Shown here piece after piece: positions 1-9,403 of a DNA stretch of 64,000 bases; within the stretch, counting starts at the first letter, position 1, and the number at the start of each line of letters is the position of its first letter. The position numbers and the translations under genes are program-made. This DNA comes from Candidatus Latescibacterota bacterium (GTDB lineage Bacteria > Latescibacterota > UBA2968 > UBA8231): the NCBI GenBank assembly GCA_965248355.1, contig OZ252098.1:4192001-4256000 (forward strand), in the 5' to 3' direction. The notes under the pieces are model-generated. The model ran no database searches and had not been told where the DNA came from. It worked only from the letters and a program-made list of their open reading frames with translations.

Positions 1-2
1 AC

Positions 3-689
3 GTCTACCTCCACTACGCCTTCGACCTGTGGGTCCAGGACTGGCGTCGACGGCACGCGCGCGGGGATGTGGTGCTCGTACGCTTCGCCGACGACATCGT
101 CTGCGGGTTTCAGCACCGGTCGGATGCCGAGCGCTTCCAGGCCGAGTTTCGCGCGCGACTGGCGAAGTTCGGTCGGGAACTGAACCCCGAGAAGACGCGC
201 CTGATCGAGTTCGGCCGCTTTGCGGTGGAGAATCGACGACGGCGCGGCGACGGGAAGCCCGAGACCTTCAACTTCCTCGGCTTCACGCACAGCTGCGACA
301 AGACGAGGAAAGGGAAGTTCATCGTGCTTCGGCAGACCCAGAAGAAGCGCATGCGGCGCAAGCTGAGGGAGGTGAAAGCCAGACTTCGGCAACGGCTGCA
401 TGATCCCGTCGAGGAGGTGGGGGTGTACTTGCGCAGCGTGGTGACCGGGCACTTCCGCTACTACGGAGTGCCCCGCAATGGCCCGGCGTTGACCTCGTTC
501 CGGCATGCCGTGGTTCGCCTGTGGGGACGCAGTCTTCAGCGCCGCAGCCAACGCCACCGCTCGCAGCGCAGGCTGCGCCGCCGCTTCTGGCGATGGGTGG
601 ACCGCTTCATCCCTTCGGCGCGTATCCTCCAACCGTATCCCGAGCAGCGCCTGCGAGTCATGACCCAAGGGAGGAGCCCAGTGCGTTAA
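3..689 (+). CDS. ltrA: Group II intron reverse transcriptase/maturase, 5'-partial, no endonuclease domain
   Basis: VYLHYAFDLW, VRFADD (RT5), LNPEKTRLIEFGR, TFNFLGFTH and thumb/X domain GHFRYYGVP; the stop codon lies inside domain V. Confidence 0.93.
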   Translation, partial: VYLHYAFDLWVQDWRRRHARGDVVLVRFADDIVCGFQHRSDAERFQAEFRARLAKFGRELNPEKTRLIEFGRFAVENRRRRGDGKPETFNFLGFTHSCDKTRKGKFIVLRQTQKKRMRRKLREVKARLRQRLHDPVEEVGVYLRSVVTGHFRYYGVPRNGPALTSFRHAVVRLWGRSLQRRSQRHRSQRRLRRRFWRWVDRFIPSARILQPYPEQRLRVMTQGRSPVR

Positions 690-746
690 CCGCGCTCGCT
701 GGGATCTGTGGAGGGGGCTGTGGGTAACCATGGTCCCTACTCCGAC
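671..746 (+). ncRNA. Group II intron catalytic domains V and VI
   Basis: AGC triad at the base of a hairpin (CCCAG...CTGGG), a second hairpin with a bulged A, terminal AC. Confidence 0.85.
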
Positions 747-1825
747 TCGAGGATGAGCAGCCGCCGAACACCTTCCGCAAGCCCCACGGCCATTTCGCCG
801 CCTACGCCGCCATCGACCAGACGGAGGTGGTGGCCGTGGCCGGCCGCCGGCCGGGCCGGCTGAAGATGTTCACCGAGCGCTTCGGCATCGCGAAGACCTA
901 TCTCGATTACCGCGAGATGATCGAGAAGGAGAAGCCGGACATCGTCAGTGTCACCACCCAGGCCCGGTTCCGCGCCGAGGCGATCCTCTTCGCCGTCGAG
1001 CACGGGGTCCGCGGCATCTACGCCGAGAAGGCCCTGTGCGCCTCCCTGGCCGAGGCGGATGCCATCGCCGCGGCCTGCCGCTCGAAGGGGGTGGCCTTCA
1101 ACTTCGGCGCCGAGCGTCGTTACCACGACGGGTACGTGCGTCTGCGCCAGGCCATCGAGCGCGGCGACATCGGCCAGCCGCAGTTCGCCTTCACCTTCTG
1201 GTGCACCGATCTCATGAAGCACCACTCCCACTCCTTCGACACCGTGGCCATGCTCCTCGGGGACCCGGCGCCGGTCTGGGTGGAAGGCCGTCTCGTGGAG
1301 CCGGGCGGTCCCCTCGATCCCGGGCAGAGCCGCATGGGACCCCGCGAAGGGGACGAGATGACCCGCCAGCCCCTGCCGATCCCGGCCTACGATCCGGAGG
1401 GCCACCGCTTCGTTCCCCCGGAGGGCACGCGCTATGCCGAGCCGGTTCTCGAATTCGCCCGCGTGGGCTACGCCGACGGCACCGAGTCCGTCTTCGTGCC
1501 CCGGCTGGGAGCGACCGAGTTCGAGGTTCACGGCGACGAGGGGCGCGTCTGCGCCTGGGACGGCGGCGAGGACTTCCGCGTGCGGCGCAGATCCAATGGC
1601 GGCCACGTGGAGGAGGTGATCCGGCCCGGGGGCGAGAGCCCGACGGTCCTCATCATCCGCGAGATCGTCCGCGAGCTGGAGACGGGGCAGCGCACCAGCG
1701 GCCACATCGACCGCACCCTGCAGTCGGCCGAAGCCGAGTTCGCCGCGGCCCATTCCCACCTGCAGGGCGGCGCCCGGGTCTCGGTGCCCGTGGAGGACCG
1801 CAGCCTTTACATCCCCGGCCATTGA
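747..1825 (+). CDS. Gfo/Idh/MocA family oxidoreductase, 3' exon (interrupted by the intron)
   Basis: Frame open from 749 (EDEQPPNTFRKPHGHFAAY...EVVAVA), DYREMIEKEKPDIVSV, YAEKAL; the N-terminal GxGxxG motif is absent. Confidence 0.85.
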
Positions 1826-1860
1826 CCGCGGTCACTGAACGCCCCACCCCAGGAGAGCAC

Positions 1861-3411
1861 ATGCAGCCTCTGCCGGACTCGGCCTGCCCCCCGCGTCTGA
1901 TCTACTACAGCGACGCCCACCACTTCCACGCCAAGCGCATCGATCCGCCCCTGAGCCTGCACAAGATGCGCTGGCCCATCGACGAGCTCTCCGGCACCGG
2001 CGTGGACCTGCTCGCCTTCGGCCTCGGCTTCGGCGACGTCTACTTCCACCAGACCCGCATCGGGCGCGTCATCGGCCAGGAGCAGGAGGTCTGGGACGAG
2101 TTCATCAACTGGCGCATCATGCGCATGGTCAGGGACGCCGCGGCCCTGGGCACCGACCAGCTGCGGGAGGTGATCCGTCACGGCCGGGAGGCCGGGACCG
2201 GGGTCTTCCCCAGTCTCAAGCTGCAGGATCCGACCCCCCAGGGCGGCGACCGCTGCGGCTGGCTCAAGTGGCGCCGGGGCATGGAGGTCACCCTGGGGAC
2301 GGGGGACGACCGCTTCCCCAATCACCAGACCGAGTGGTGCTACGACTACGCCAACGCCGCCGTCCGCGAGGAGAAGCTCAGCCTGATTCGGGAGGTCCTG
2401 GAGGACTACGAAGCGGACGGCATCGAGCTCGACTTCATGTTCTTCCCCCTCTACTTCCGGCGCTCCGAGACCGAGGCTCACGTGGAGACGATGAACCGCT
2501 TCGTCGCCGACGTGCGGGCCTTGACCCGCGAGATCGGCGAGCGCCAGTCGCGGACGATCCCGGTCATGGCCCGGGTCTGGCACCGGCGCGAGGAGAACCT
2601 GGGCATCGGGCTCGACGTGGAAGCCTGGATCGCCGCCGGCGACGTCGACTTCGTCGTCGGCCAGATCCCCAACCTGTTCCTGGACCCGTGTGTCACGGAC
2701 GGACGCTGGCTGGCCGACGCCGCCAACGCGGCGGGAGTGGCCTCCTACCTGCGGCCGGGGCGCCGGCTGGAGGACCCCCGCGCCTCCATCGCCAACATCG
2801 AGATGTTCCGCGCCTTCGGCGGCACCCTGCGGTGGCAGGGGTTCACCGGGGCCTATCTGGGCTACCTGCCGTGGCCCTTCGCGGATGCGGAGTACCGCAT
2901 TCTGCGCGAGCTGGCCTTCCCCGAAGCGGCCCTGCGCCACGACAAGCGCTACTTCCTGGCGGCGCGGGAGGAACTGCCCCCCTACGTCCGGCCCGACGGC
3001 CGCCGGCTGCCCCTGGTCCTCGAGGAGGGCGCCGCCGAGACCGTCGCCGTCACCGTGGCCGACGAGATCGAGGCGGCCATCGCCGACGACGAGATCCGCG
3101 ACCCCGTGCTCACCCTGACCTTCCAGCAGTTCTGCGTGGAGGACGAGGTGGCTTTCCGCTTCAACGGCAGGGAGCTGGCCGTCGAGGGCAAGGGCACGTA
3201 CGAGCCCCGGCGCGGGCTCTTCTGGCTGCGGTGGACCCTGGACGCGGCAGAGGTCGTGCAGGGCGAGAACAGGGTCGAGCTGGAGATCGTGCGCAAGGAG
3301 AGGACCGCCGGCTTCGAGCGCACCCTCACCGGTGTCGAGATCCACATGCGCTACACCGAGTTCGACCGTCCCGAGGCGCTCGACCCCGTCAAGATTCCGC
3401 CGCCCTCATGA
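1861..3411 (+). CDS. Glycoside hydrolase-like TIM-barrel protein (GHL10-like)
   Basis: ATG with RBS AGGAGAG; YDYANAAVREEKL...DYEADGIELDF motif; paralogue of 52931-54457. Confidence 0.6.
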   Translation: MQPLPDSACPPRLIYYSDAHHFHAKRIDPPLSLHKMRWPIDELSGTGVDLLAFGLGFGDVYFHQTRIGRVIGQEQEVWDEFINWRIMRMVRDAAALGTDQLREVIRHGREAGTGVFPSLKLQDPTPQGGDRCGWLKWRRGMEVTLGTGDDRFPNHQTEWCYDYANAAVREEKLSLIREVLEDYEADGIELDFMFFPLYFRRSETEAHVETMNRFVADVRALTREIGERQSRTIPVMARVWHRREENLGIGLDVEAWIAAGDVDFVVGQIPNLFLDPCVTDGRWLADAANAAGVASYLRPGRRLEDPRASIANIEMFRAFGGTLRWQGFTGAYLGYLPWPFADAEYRILRELAFPEAALRHDKRYFLAAREELPPYVRPDGRRLPLVLEEGAAETVAVTVADEIEAAIADDEIRDPVLTLTFQQFCVEDEVAFRFNGRELAVEGKGTYEPRRGLFWLRWTLDAAEVVQGENRVELEIVRKERTAGFERTLTGVEIHMRYTEFDRPEALDPVKIPPPS

Positions 3412-5342
3412 GACGACCCATCGACATCGACCTGCCCACCGTCACGGCAACGACGGTGACGGCGCCGCCCGAATGGGCCCTGCTGGAGCGGCGGCTCTTC
3501 GAGGTCATGGAAGAGGGGGCCGCCCTCAGGGTGAGCCGCTACTCGCAGCGCGGCGGGGTGCCCTACTACGCCGACGATGTGGACGACCTCTACGAGATGA
3601 TCCACAACTGGGGCCTGTTCTACGCCATGGGCGCGGAGGAGCGGATCCTGGACCTGGCCCTGCAGCACTGGAACGCCGTGACCCGCTTCGGGGACGACAG
3701 CATCGTCAACCGGGTGCACCCCCGCTTCACCCAGCAGGTCCACCGGGAGTACTACGGCCTCGTCCATCCCGGCGACGCGGAGTGGCACCACGCGGGGGAG
3801 GGCAACATGGCCTTCTACCACCTCTGCCTGGCCGATCCGACGATCTCGGAGAACGTGCGCCGGGCGCGGCTCTTCGCCGGGTTCTATCTGGGTGAGGACG
3901 AGAAGGCCCCCAACTTCGATCCGCGCCACAAGGTTCTGCGCTCACCTTTCCAGACGAGCCAGGGCCCCTGGCTGAGGGCCAGTCCCGAGAAGGCCCACGC
4001 CTACCTCTACGGCCCCGCCGAGCTCGGCGGTGAGATCAACTACTACGGCGCCCGCGCCACTCTCTACCCGGTGGTGCCCGACCTGGAGGCGGACTGGTGG
4101 AAGGAGCCCCGGCGCCGGAAGGAGATCGTCGGCCTCTTCGACCACATTGTCCTCAACGCCGACTCACCCAACAACCTGGGAGCGGCGGCGCTGATCACCA
4201 ACGCCTACCTGCATACGGGGGACTCCCGTTACAAGGACTGGGTCGTCGAGTACGTGAACCTGTGGATGGAGCGCATCCGGGCCAACGGCGGCGTCATCCC
4301 CGACAACGTGGGCCCCACCGGGAAGATCGGCGAGCACCGCGAGGGCTGCTGGTGGGGCGGCGTCTACGGCTGGAACAGCTACTGCGGCTTCAACATCCTC
4401 TTCCACTCGCTGACCATCGCCGCCGAGTGCGCCCTGCTGCTCACCGGCGACTACGGCTACCTCGACCTGCTTCGGTCACAGCTGCAGGTCCTCATCGACA
4501 ACGGCATCACCCGGGAGGACGGCCAGTTCCTGCAGGCCGTGCGCCACGGTCCGGAGGGCTGGGGTCACAAGATGTGGCACCCCGTCACCGGGCTCGACCA
4601 GCCGGTGCGCATGAACGAGCTGGCCCACCTCTACCACGGCTCCCTGTCGCGGCAGGACCGCGAGCTGCTCACCTGGGTCAGGGAGCGGGACGTGACCATC
4701 GACTGGAGCGCCAACGAGGTCGAGGGGCCGGACTTCTACAAGGGCGTCCACGAGTACCCGAGGTTCCAGTACTACGACGGGAAGAACCCGGACTGGCCGG
4801 CGGCCATCCTGCGGGCCGAGCTGGAGAGCGCCCTGAAGGTCTACCGCGAGCTGTCCGGGGAGGAGCGCACCGTACAGGAGATCATCGAGGACAACCACCA
4901 TCCCCCGAATCCCGTGCACACCAAGGTCCTCACCAACGTCATGCTGGGCGCGCCGCAACCGGTCTATCACGGCGGCCTGCTGCGGGCGACGGTGCGCTAC
5001 TTCGACCCGGACAACGCCCGCCCCGGCATCCCGCGGGAGGTGGCCGCCCTGGTGGACCAGCTCGAGGCGGACCGCGTCGGCCTGCAACTGGTGAACCTGG
5101 ATCCCGCCGGCAGGCGGCGGGTCGTGGTCCAGGCCGGGGCCTTCGGCGAGCACGATTTCACCGAGGTCCGCGTCGACGCCGGGGAGTCGACCCAGGTCAC
5201 CAAGGTGGAGGGCCGGCATTTCGCCGTGGAGCTGCAGCCGGCGACGGCCATCCGCCTCGAGGCGGGCATGCGCCGCTTCGTCAACGCTCCCTCCCATGCC
5301 TTCCCCTGGCACGGGGACGGGATTCCCGTGCCCTTCCAGTGA
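3408..5342 (+). CDS. Uncharacterised ~644-aa protein, paralogue 1
   Basis: ATGA overlap with the upstream stop; motifs DDLYE, EWHH, IPDNVGP, WWGG, QAGAFGEH shared with two other copies in the window. Confidence 0.8.
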   Translation: MRRPIDIDLPTVTATTVTAPPEWALLERRLFEVMEEGAALRVSRYSQRGGVPYYADDVDDLYEMIHNWGLFYAMGAEERILDLALQHWNAVTRFGDDSIVNRVHPRFTQQVHREYYGLVHPGDAEWHHAGEGNMAFYHLCLADPTISENVRRARLFAGFYLGEDEKAPNFDPRHKVLRSPFQTSQGPWLRASPEKAHAYLYGPAELGGEINYYGARATLYPVVPDLEADWWKEPRRRKEIVGLFDHIVLNADSPNNLGAAALITNAYLHTGDSRYKDWVVEYVNLWMERIRANGGVIPDNVGPTGKIGEHREGCWWGGVYGWNSYCGFNILFHSLTIAAECALLLTGDYGYLDLLRSQLQVLIDNGITREDGQFLQAVRHGPEGWGHKMWHPVTGLDQPVRMNELAHLYHGSLSRQDRELLTWVRERDVTIDWSANEVEGPDFYKGVHEYPRFQYYDGKNPDWPAAILRAELESALKVYRELSGEERTVQEIIEDNHHPPNPVHTKVLTNVMLGAPQPVYHGGLLRATVRYFDPDNARPGIPREVAALVDQLEADRVGLQLVNLDPAGRRRVVVQAGAFGEHDFTEVRVDAGESTQVTKVEGRHFAVELQPATAIRLEAGMRRFVNAPSHAFPWHGDGIPVPFQ

Positions 5343-5353
5343 CAGGAGGACGG

Positions 5354-7345
5354 ATGTCGGCCCCTCTCCAATACGGCCCCTCCATCGCCGCCTCGCAGAT
5401 AGCCTCCCCGCCGGAATGGGCCCGTCTCCAGCGCCGCCTCATCGAGGTGGGCGAGCAGAACGCGGCCCTCATGGTGGAGAAGCACTGCGCTCCGGGCGGC
5501 ATGATGTACTACGTCGACGATATCGACGACTACTACGAGAAGGTGGACAACTGGAGCGTGTTCTACGCCATGGGCGGCGCCCGCAAGGTCTTCGACGACG
5601 CCATGATGATCTGGAACGCGTCGACGCGGACCAACGGCCCCCGGGGCAATCCCGTCTTCGGCTGGATGCTGCCCCAGCTCTACAACGAGTACTACTGCCT
5701 GGGCCGGCAGGAGGAGTCGACCTGGGTTCCGGGGCGCCGCATGGTGAACGAGTGGCACCACCACTCCGAGGGCAACATGGCCTTCTACGGCTTCGGCCTC
5801 GCCGACCCGGAGATCCCCGAGAACGTCGACCGCGCCCGCCGCTTCGCGGACATGTTCATCGGCGCCGACCCGGAGGCCCCGAACTGGGACGCCCGCCACC
5901 GCATCATCCGCTCCCCCTTCCCCACGAGCCGGGGGCCCGTCTTCGAGGTCACCCTGGAAAACGCCATGGCCGAGCTGCACGGCAGCCGCGTCCACGTGGC
6001 CGGGGAGGACTACCTGTTCAAGGAGATGGGCACCAAGACGACCCTGCGGCCCCGCCTCGACAGCCTGGAGGATGGCTGGTGGAAGAAGCCGGCGCGGGCG
6101 GCCGAGGTCCTGAAGCTCTTCAACCACATGGTCCTCGACGGCGACGTGGCCAACAACCTGGCCGCCTGCAGTCTGGTGACCAACGCCTATCTCTACACCG
6201 GCGAGGAGCGGTACAAGAAGTGGGTCCTGGACTACGTCGAGGCGTGGATGGACCGCATCCGGAAAAACGGCGGCATCATCCCCGACAACGTGGGCCCCAA
6301 CGGCATCATCGGCGAGCACCGCGACGGCCAGTGGTGGGGCGGCCTGATGGGCTGGAGCTACTACATGGGCTTCAACATCATCTTCCACGGCCTCATCTCC
6401 GCCGCCGAATGCGCCCAGCTGCTCACCGGCGACGCGGGGTATCTCGACATCCTCCGCTCCCAGCTGAAGGTTGTGGCCGACAACGCCGTCACCGGCCGCG
6501 ACGGACAGCTCCTCGTCCGCTACCGGCACGACCACCGGGGCTGGGTCGACGAGAACGAGTACGGCCATCTCGGCGCCTCGCCGATGCGGGGCAAGGACCT
6601 GGCCCACCTCTGCCACGCCTCCCTCGCTCCGGAGGACTGCGAGTTGTTCAGGCACTTCCGCGACGGCGAGGTCCGGCGCGACTGGAACGAGATGCTCGGG
6701 GCCAGCGAGAAGGACCAGGGCGAGTCGGAGCTGGCCCGCTTCAACTACTACGACGGCCTCAACCCGGACTGGCCGGTGAGGATCCTGCGCCACGAGTTGG
6801 ACGACGCCCTGGGGCGCCGGCAGCGCCTCCTGAGCGAGGACCGCACGCCGCAGGAGCTCGTGGACCAGCACGCCCACCCCGTAAACGGCATCCGCTCGCG
6901 GGCCCTCATCCAGACCATGCTGGGCTGCCCGCAGATGGTCTACAACGGCAGCCTGCTGCGGGCGACGGTGCGCTACTTCGACGCGCGGGCGAAGCGGCCC
7001 GGCCTGCCCGCCGACACGGCCGCCCTCGTGGAGGAGATCCGGCCGGACGGAGCCGCCGTGCGTCTGGTGAATCTGAGCGCCTCCGATGAAGCGGCGATCA
7101 TCGTGCAGGCCGGCGCCTTCGGAGAGCACGCCTTCACCGAGGCGACCTGGCGCGAAGGCGAGGAGACCCGGCAGCGGCCGGTGGAAGGGAGATTCCTGAC
7201 GGTGACGCTGCCCGCGTCGACTTCCATCCGCCTGGACCTGGGGATGGAGCGCTTCGTCAACACCCCGTCGTACGCCCACCCCTGGCACGATGACGGGATC
7301 CAGGCCGCCTCCGAGCCGGAGATGCCGCCCGGCTACCCTTACTGA
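5354..7345 (+). CDS. Uncharacterised ~663-aa protein, paralogue 2
   Basis: RBS AGGAGG before ATG 5354; colinear similarity to 3408-5342. Confidence 0.8.
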   Translation: MSAPLQYGPSIAASQIASPPEWARLQRRLIEVGEQNAALMVEKHCAPGGMMYYVDDIDDYYEKVDNWSVFYAMGGARKVFDDAMMIWNASTRTNGPRGNPVFGWMLPQLYNEYYCLGRQEESTWVPGRRMVNEWHHHSEGNMAFYGFGLADPEIPENVDRARRFADMFIGADPEAPNWDARHRIIRSPFPTSRGPVFEVTLENAMAELHGSRVHVAGEDYLFKEMGTKTTLRPRLDSLEDGWWKKPARAAEVLKLFNHMVLDGDVANNLAACSLVTNAYLYTGEERYKKWVLDYVEAWMDRIRKNGGIIPDNVGPNGIIGEHRDGQWWGGLMGWSYYMGFNIIFHGLISAAECAQLLTGDAGYLDILRSQLKVVADNAVTGRDGQLLVRYRHDHRGWVDENEYGHLGASPMRGKDLAHLCHASLAPEDCELFRHFRDGEVRRDWNEMLGASEKDQGESELARFNYYDGLNPDWPVRILRHELDDALGRRQRLLSEDRTPQELVDQHAHPVNGIRSRALIQTMLGCPQMVYNGSLLRATVRYFDARAKRPGLPADTAALVEEIRPDGAAVRLVNLSASDEAAIIVQAGAFGEHAFTEATWREGEETRQRPVEGRFLTVTLPASTSIRLDLGMERFVNTPSYAHPWHDDGIQAASEPEMPPGYPY

Positions 7346-8495
7346 TGGCCAGCCGGCACAAGTACCGTGTGGCCGTCATCGGCTGCGGCAGCCACGGCAC
7401 GCGCCTGCGCGGACCTTCGATCTGGACCCGCGGTGCCGGGTGGTGTGCGGGGCCAACAGGGGGCGGGAAGGACGGGACCTGTTCTGCGAGCGGTTCGGCG
7501 GCCTGCCCGGTTACCAGGACTACCGGCAGCTGCTCGCCGAGGAGGAGTTCGAGATCGCCCTGCTGGCCCTCCCGGTCTCCGTGAACCCCGAGGTCGTCGC
7601 CGCCTGCGCCGGGAAGGAGGGGGTCGCCGGCATCTTCAGCGAGAAACCGGTGGCTGTCAGTCTCGCCGAAGCCGACGGCGCCGTCGAAGCCTGCGCCGCC
7701 CGCGGCATCCCCTGGTCGGCGGGGGACATGTTTCGCAACGCCCCCGAGATCTGGACCGCCAGGCGCCTGGTCGAGTCCGGCGAGATCGGCGAAGTGCAGT
7801 CGATTGACATCTACGGCTGCGGCGGCAACCAGATGTCGGGCCAGGGCTGCCGGCAGCTCTCCGACGGCTTCATGTTCGCCGGCGACGCGGAGGTCGATTG
7901 GGTGGTGGGAGCCGTCGACGGGGATCCGGCCGACGCCCATCTGGGCCGCATCGACGAGCACAGCGACCATGATCAGGGGATCGCCTTCGGAGTCATCGGG
8001 TTCGCGAACGGCCTCACCGCCCACCTGCACCGGAACGTCTCGGCGAAGAATGGAATCGAGGTGCTGGGTTCCGACGGTGTGTTGTTCATCGGGCAAAGCC
8101 GCGTCGGAGAGATCCGGCGCCGGGACGGGCGCCATCTCAAGCCGGCCCGCAGCCTGTTCCCGCACCCCGACCCGGGGCAGGCCGCCCTCCACCAGTACGA
8201 CGAGGAGGGCTGGGAGATCCCTCGCACGCGCATGAGCGACAGCGTCGCGGCTTTCCTCGACGCCGTCGAGAGCGGGGTTTCCGTGAAGTGCTCGGGCGCC
8301 GACATGCGCAAGGCCCTGGAGGTGGCGGTCGCCATCCGCGAGTCCCATCGGCGCGGCGTCGTCAGGGTGGATCTCCCTCTCCAGGACCGCAGCCTCCGCA
8401 TCATCCCCAGCCTTCGCCGCTACCTCGGACGCCGGGAGTCGGAGGGCACCGAGGCCTTCCTCGCCCACATCCGCGGCCACAAGCGGGACAATTGA
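7345..8495 (+). pseudogene. Gfo/Idh/MocA oxidoreductase with a 1-bp frameshift near 7407 (pseudogene or sequencing error)
   Basis: MASRHKYRVAVIGCGSHG in one frame continues as ARTFDLDPRC...FSEKPVA in another. Confidence 0.8.
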
Positions 8496-9403
8496 TGCCC
8501 TCGTTCCCCAGCTCCGAAATGAGCGCCGTGGCCGGAGACGTTCCCGGCCGCATCGGGTTCTTCGTCAAGGATCTCGAAACCGGGCTGCAGTGCGAATACA
8601 ACGCCGGCGAGCCCCTGCCCACGGCCAGCACCATCAAGGTGGCGGCCCTGATCGAGGTCTTCCGCCAGGCGGAGGAGGGTCTGCTGTCGCTCGATGATCG
8701 GCACCGCGTTCCCCGGACCGTCTCCGCCCAGGGCACCGGGGTGTTGAGCCGGACCCGGGACGATCCGGAGCTGACGGTGCGCGACTACTGCCGGCTCATG
8801 ATGGCCGTCAGCGACAACGTCGCCACCGACACCCTTGTCGGCCTCGTGACTCCCGAAGCCATCAACGCCGCCATGGAGGCCATGGGCTTCCACCACACGC
8901 GCTTTCCCATGCCCATCGGCGTCTGGCACTACCTCATGGAGGGCATCACGGAGACGCCGTCGCGGGAGAACGACGAGCTGAAGCTCGCCGGCCGGCTGAG
9001 CGGCGACGGCGACCGGGACCTGCCCTTCGCCAGCTCTCTCGACAACAACGTCGCCTCCGCCCGCGATCTGGCCCGGATGATGGAGATGATGCATCGGGGG
9101 GAGATCATCAGCTCCGATGCCTGTGCGCAGATGTTGGAGATGATGAAGAAACCGAGGAGCCCGAACCGCATCCGGCAGTACCTCAAGCCGGAGATCGAGG
9201 CGGCGCGCAAGAACGGCGGCAGCGGCCGCATCAAGGCCGACGCCGGCGTCGTCTACCTGCCCTCGGGTCCCCTGGTCATCGCGGCCCTCGCCACCACCGA
9301 CACGCGGGAGGAGTCGCAGATCGGGATGGACGCCATCGGCGAGATCAGCCGGTTGGCGATGGCGGCCCTGTCACCCGGAAGCGTGCTCGAACCAGATGAG
9401 TAG
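8495..9403 (+). CDS. Class A beta-lactamase-like serine hydrolase
   Basis: SxxK (ASTIK), SDN and KNG (KTG-like) motifs; TGATG coupling. Confidence 0.85.
   Translation: MPSFPSSEMSAVAGDVPGRIGFFVKDLETGLQCEYNAGEPLPTASTIKVAALIEVFRQAEEGLLSLDDRHRVPRTVSAQGTGVLSRTRDDPELTVRDYCRLMMAVSDNVATDTLVGLVTPEAINAAMEAMGFHHTRFPMPIGVWHYLMEGITETPSRENDELKLAGRLSGDGDRDLPFASSLDNNVASARDLARMMEMMHRGEIISSDACAQMLEMMKKPRSPNRIRQYLKPEIEAARKNGGSGRIKADAGVVYLPSGPLVIAALATTDTREESQIGMDAIGEISRLAMAALSPGSVLEPDE

Larger units (their letters stand above)
1..746 (+). mobile_element. Group II intron, 3' portion (5' end lies outside the window)
   Basis: RT/maturase ORF, then domain V (GAGGAGCCCAGTGCGTTAACCGCGCTCGCTGGGATCTG from 671) and domain VI ending ...CCCTACTCCGAC at 746, a typical bacterial group II 3' end. 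Confidence 0.9.

Noticed and set aside
1..746. RT as retron, DGR or defence RT
   Set aside because: The maturase domain and canonical DV/DVI identify a group II intron; no template/variable repeat pair is seen
1036..5353. Long N-terminal extensions of the ORF-track calls 1036, 2268 and 4097
   Set aside because: Arg/Pro-rich read-through over upstream genes; real starts with RBS or coupling are at 1861, 3408 and 5354
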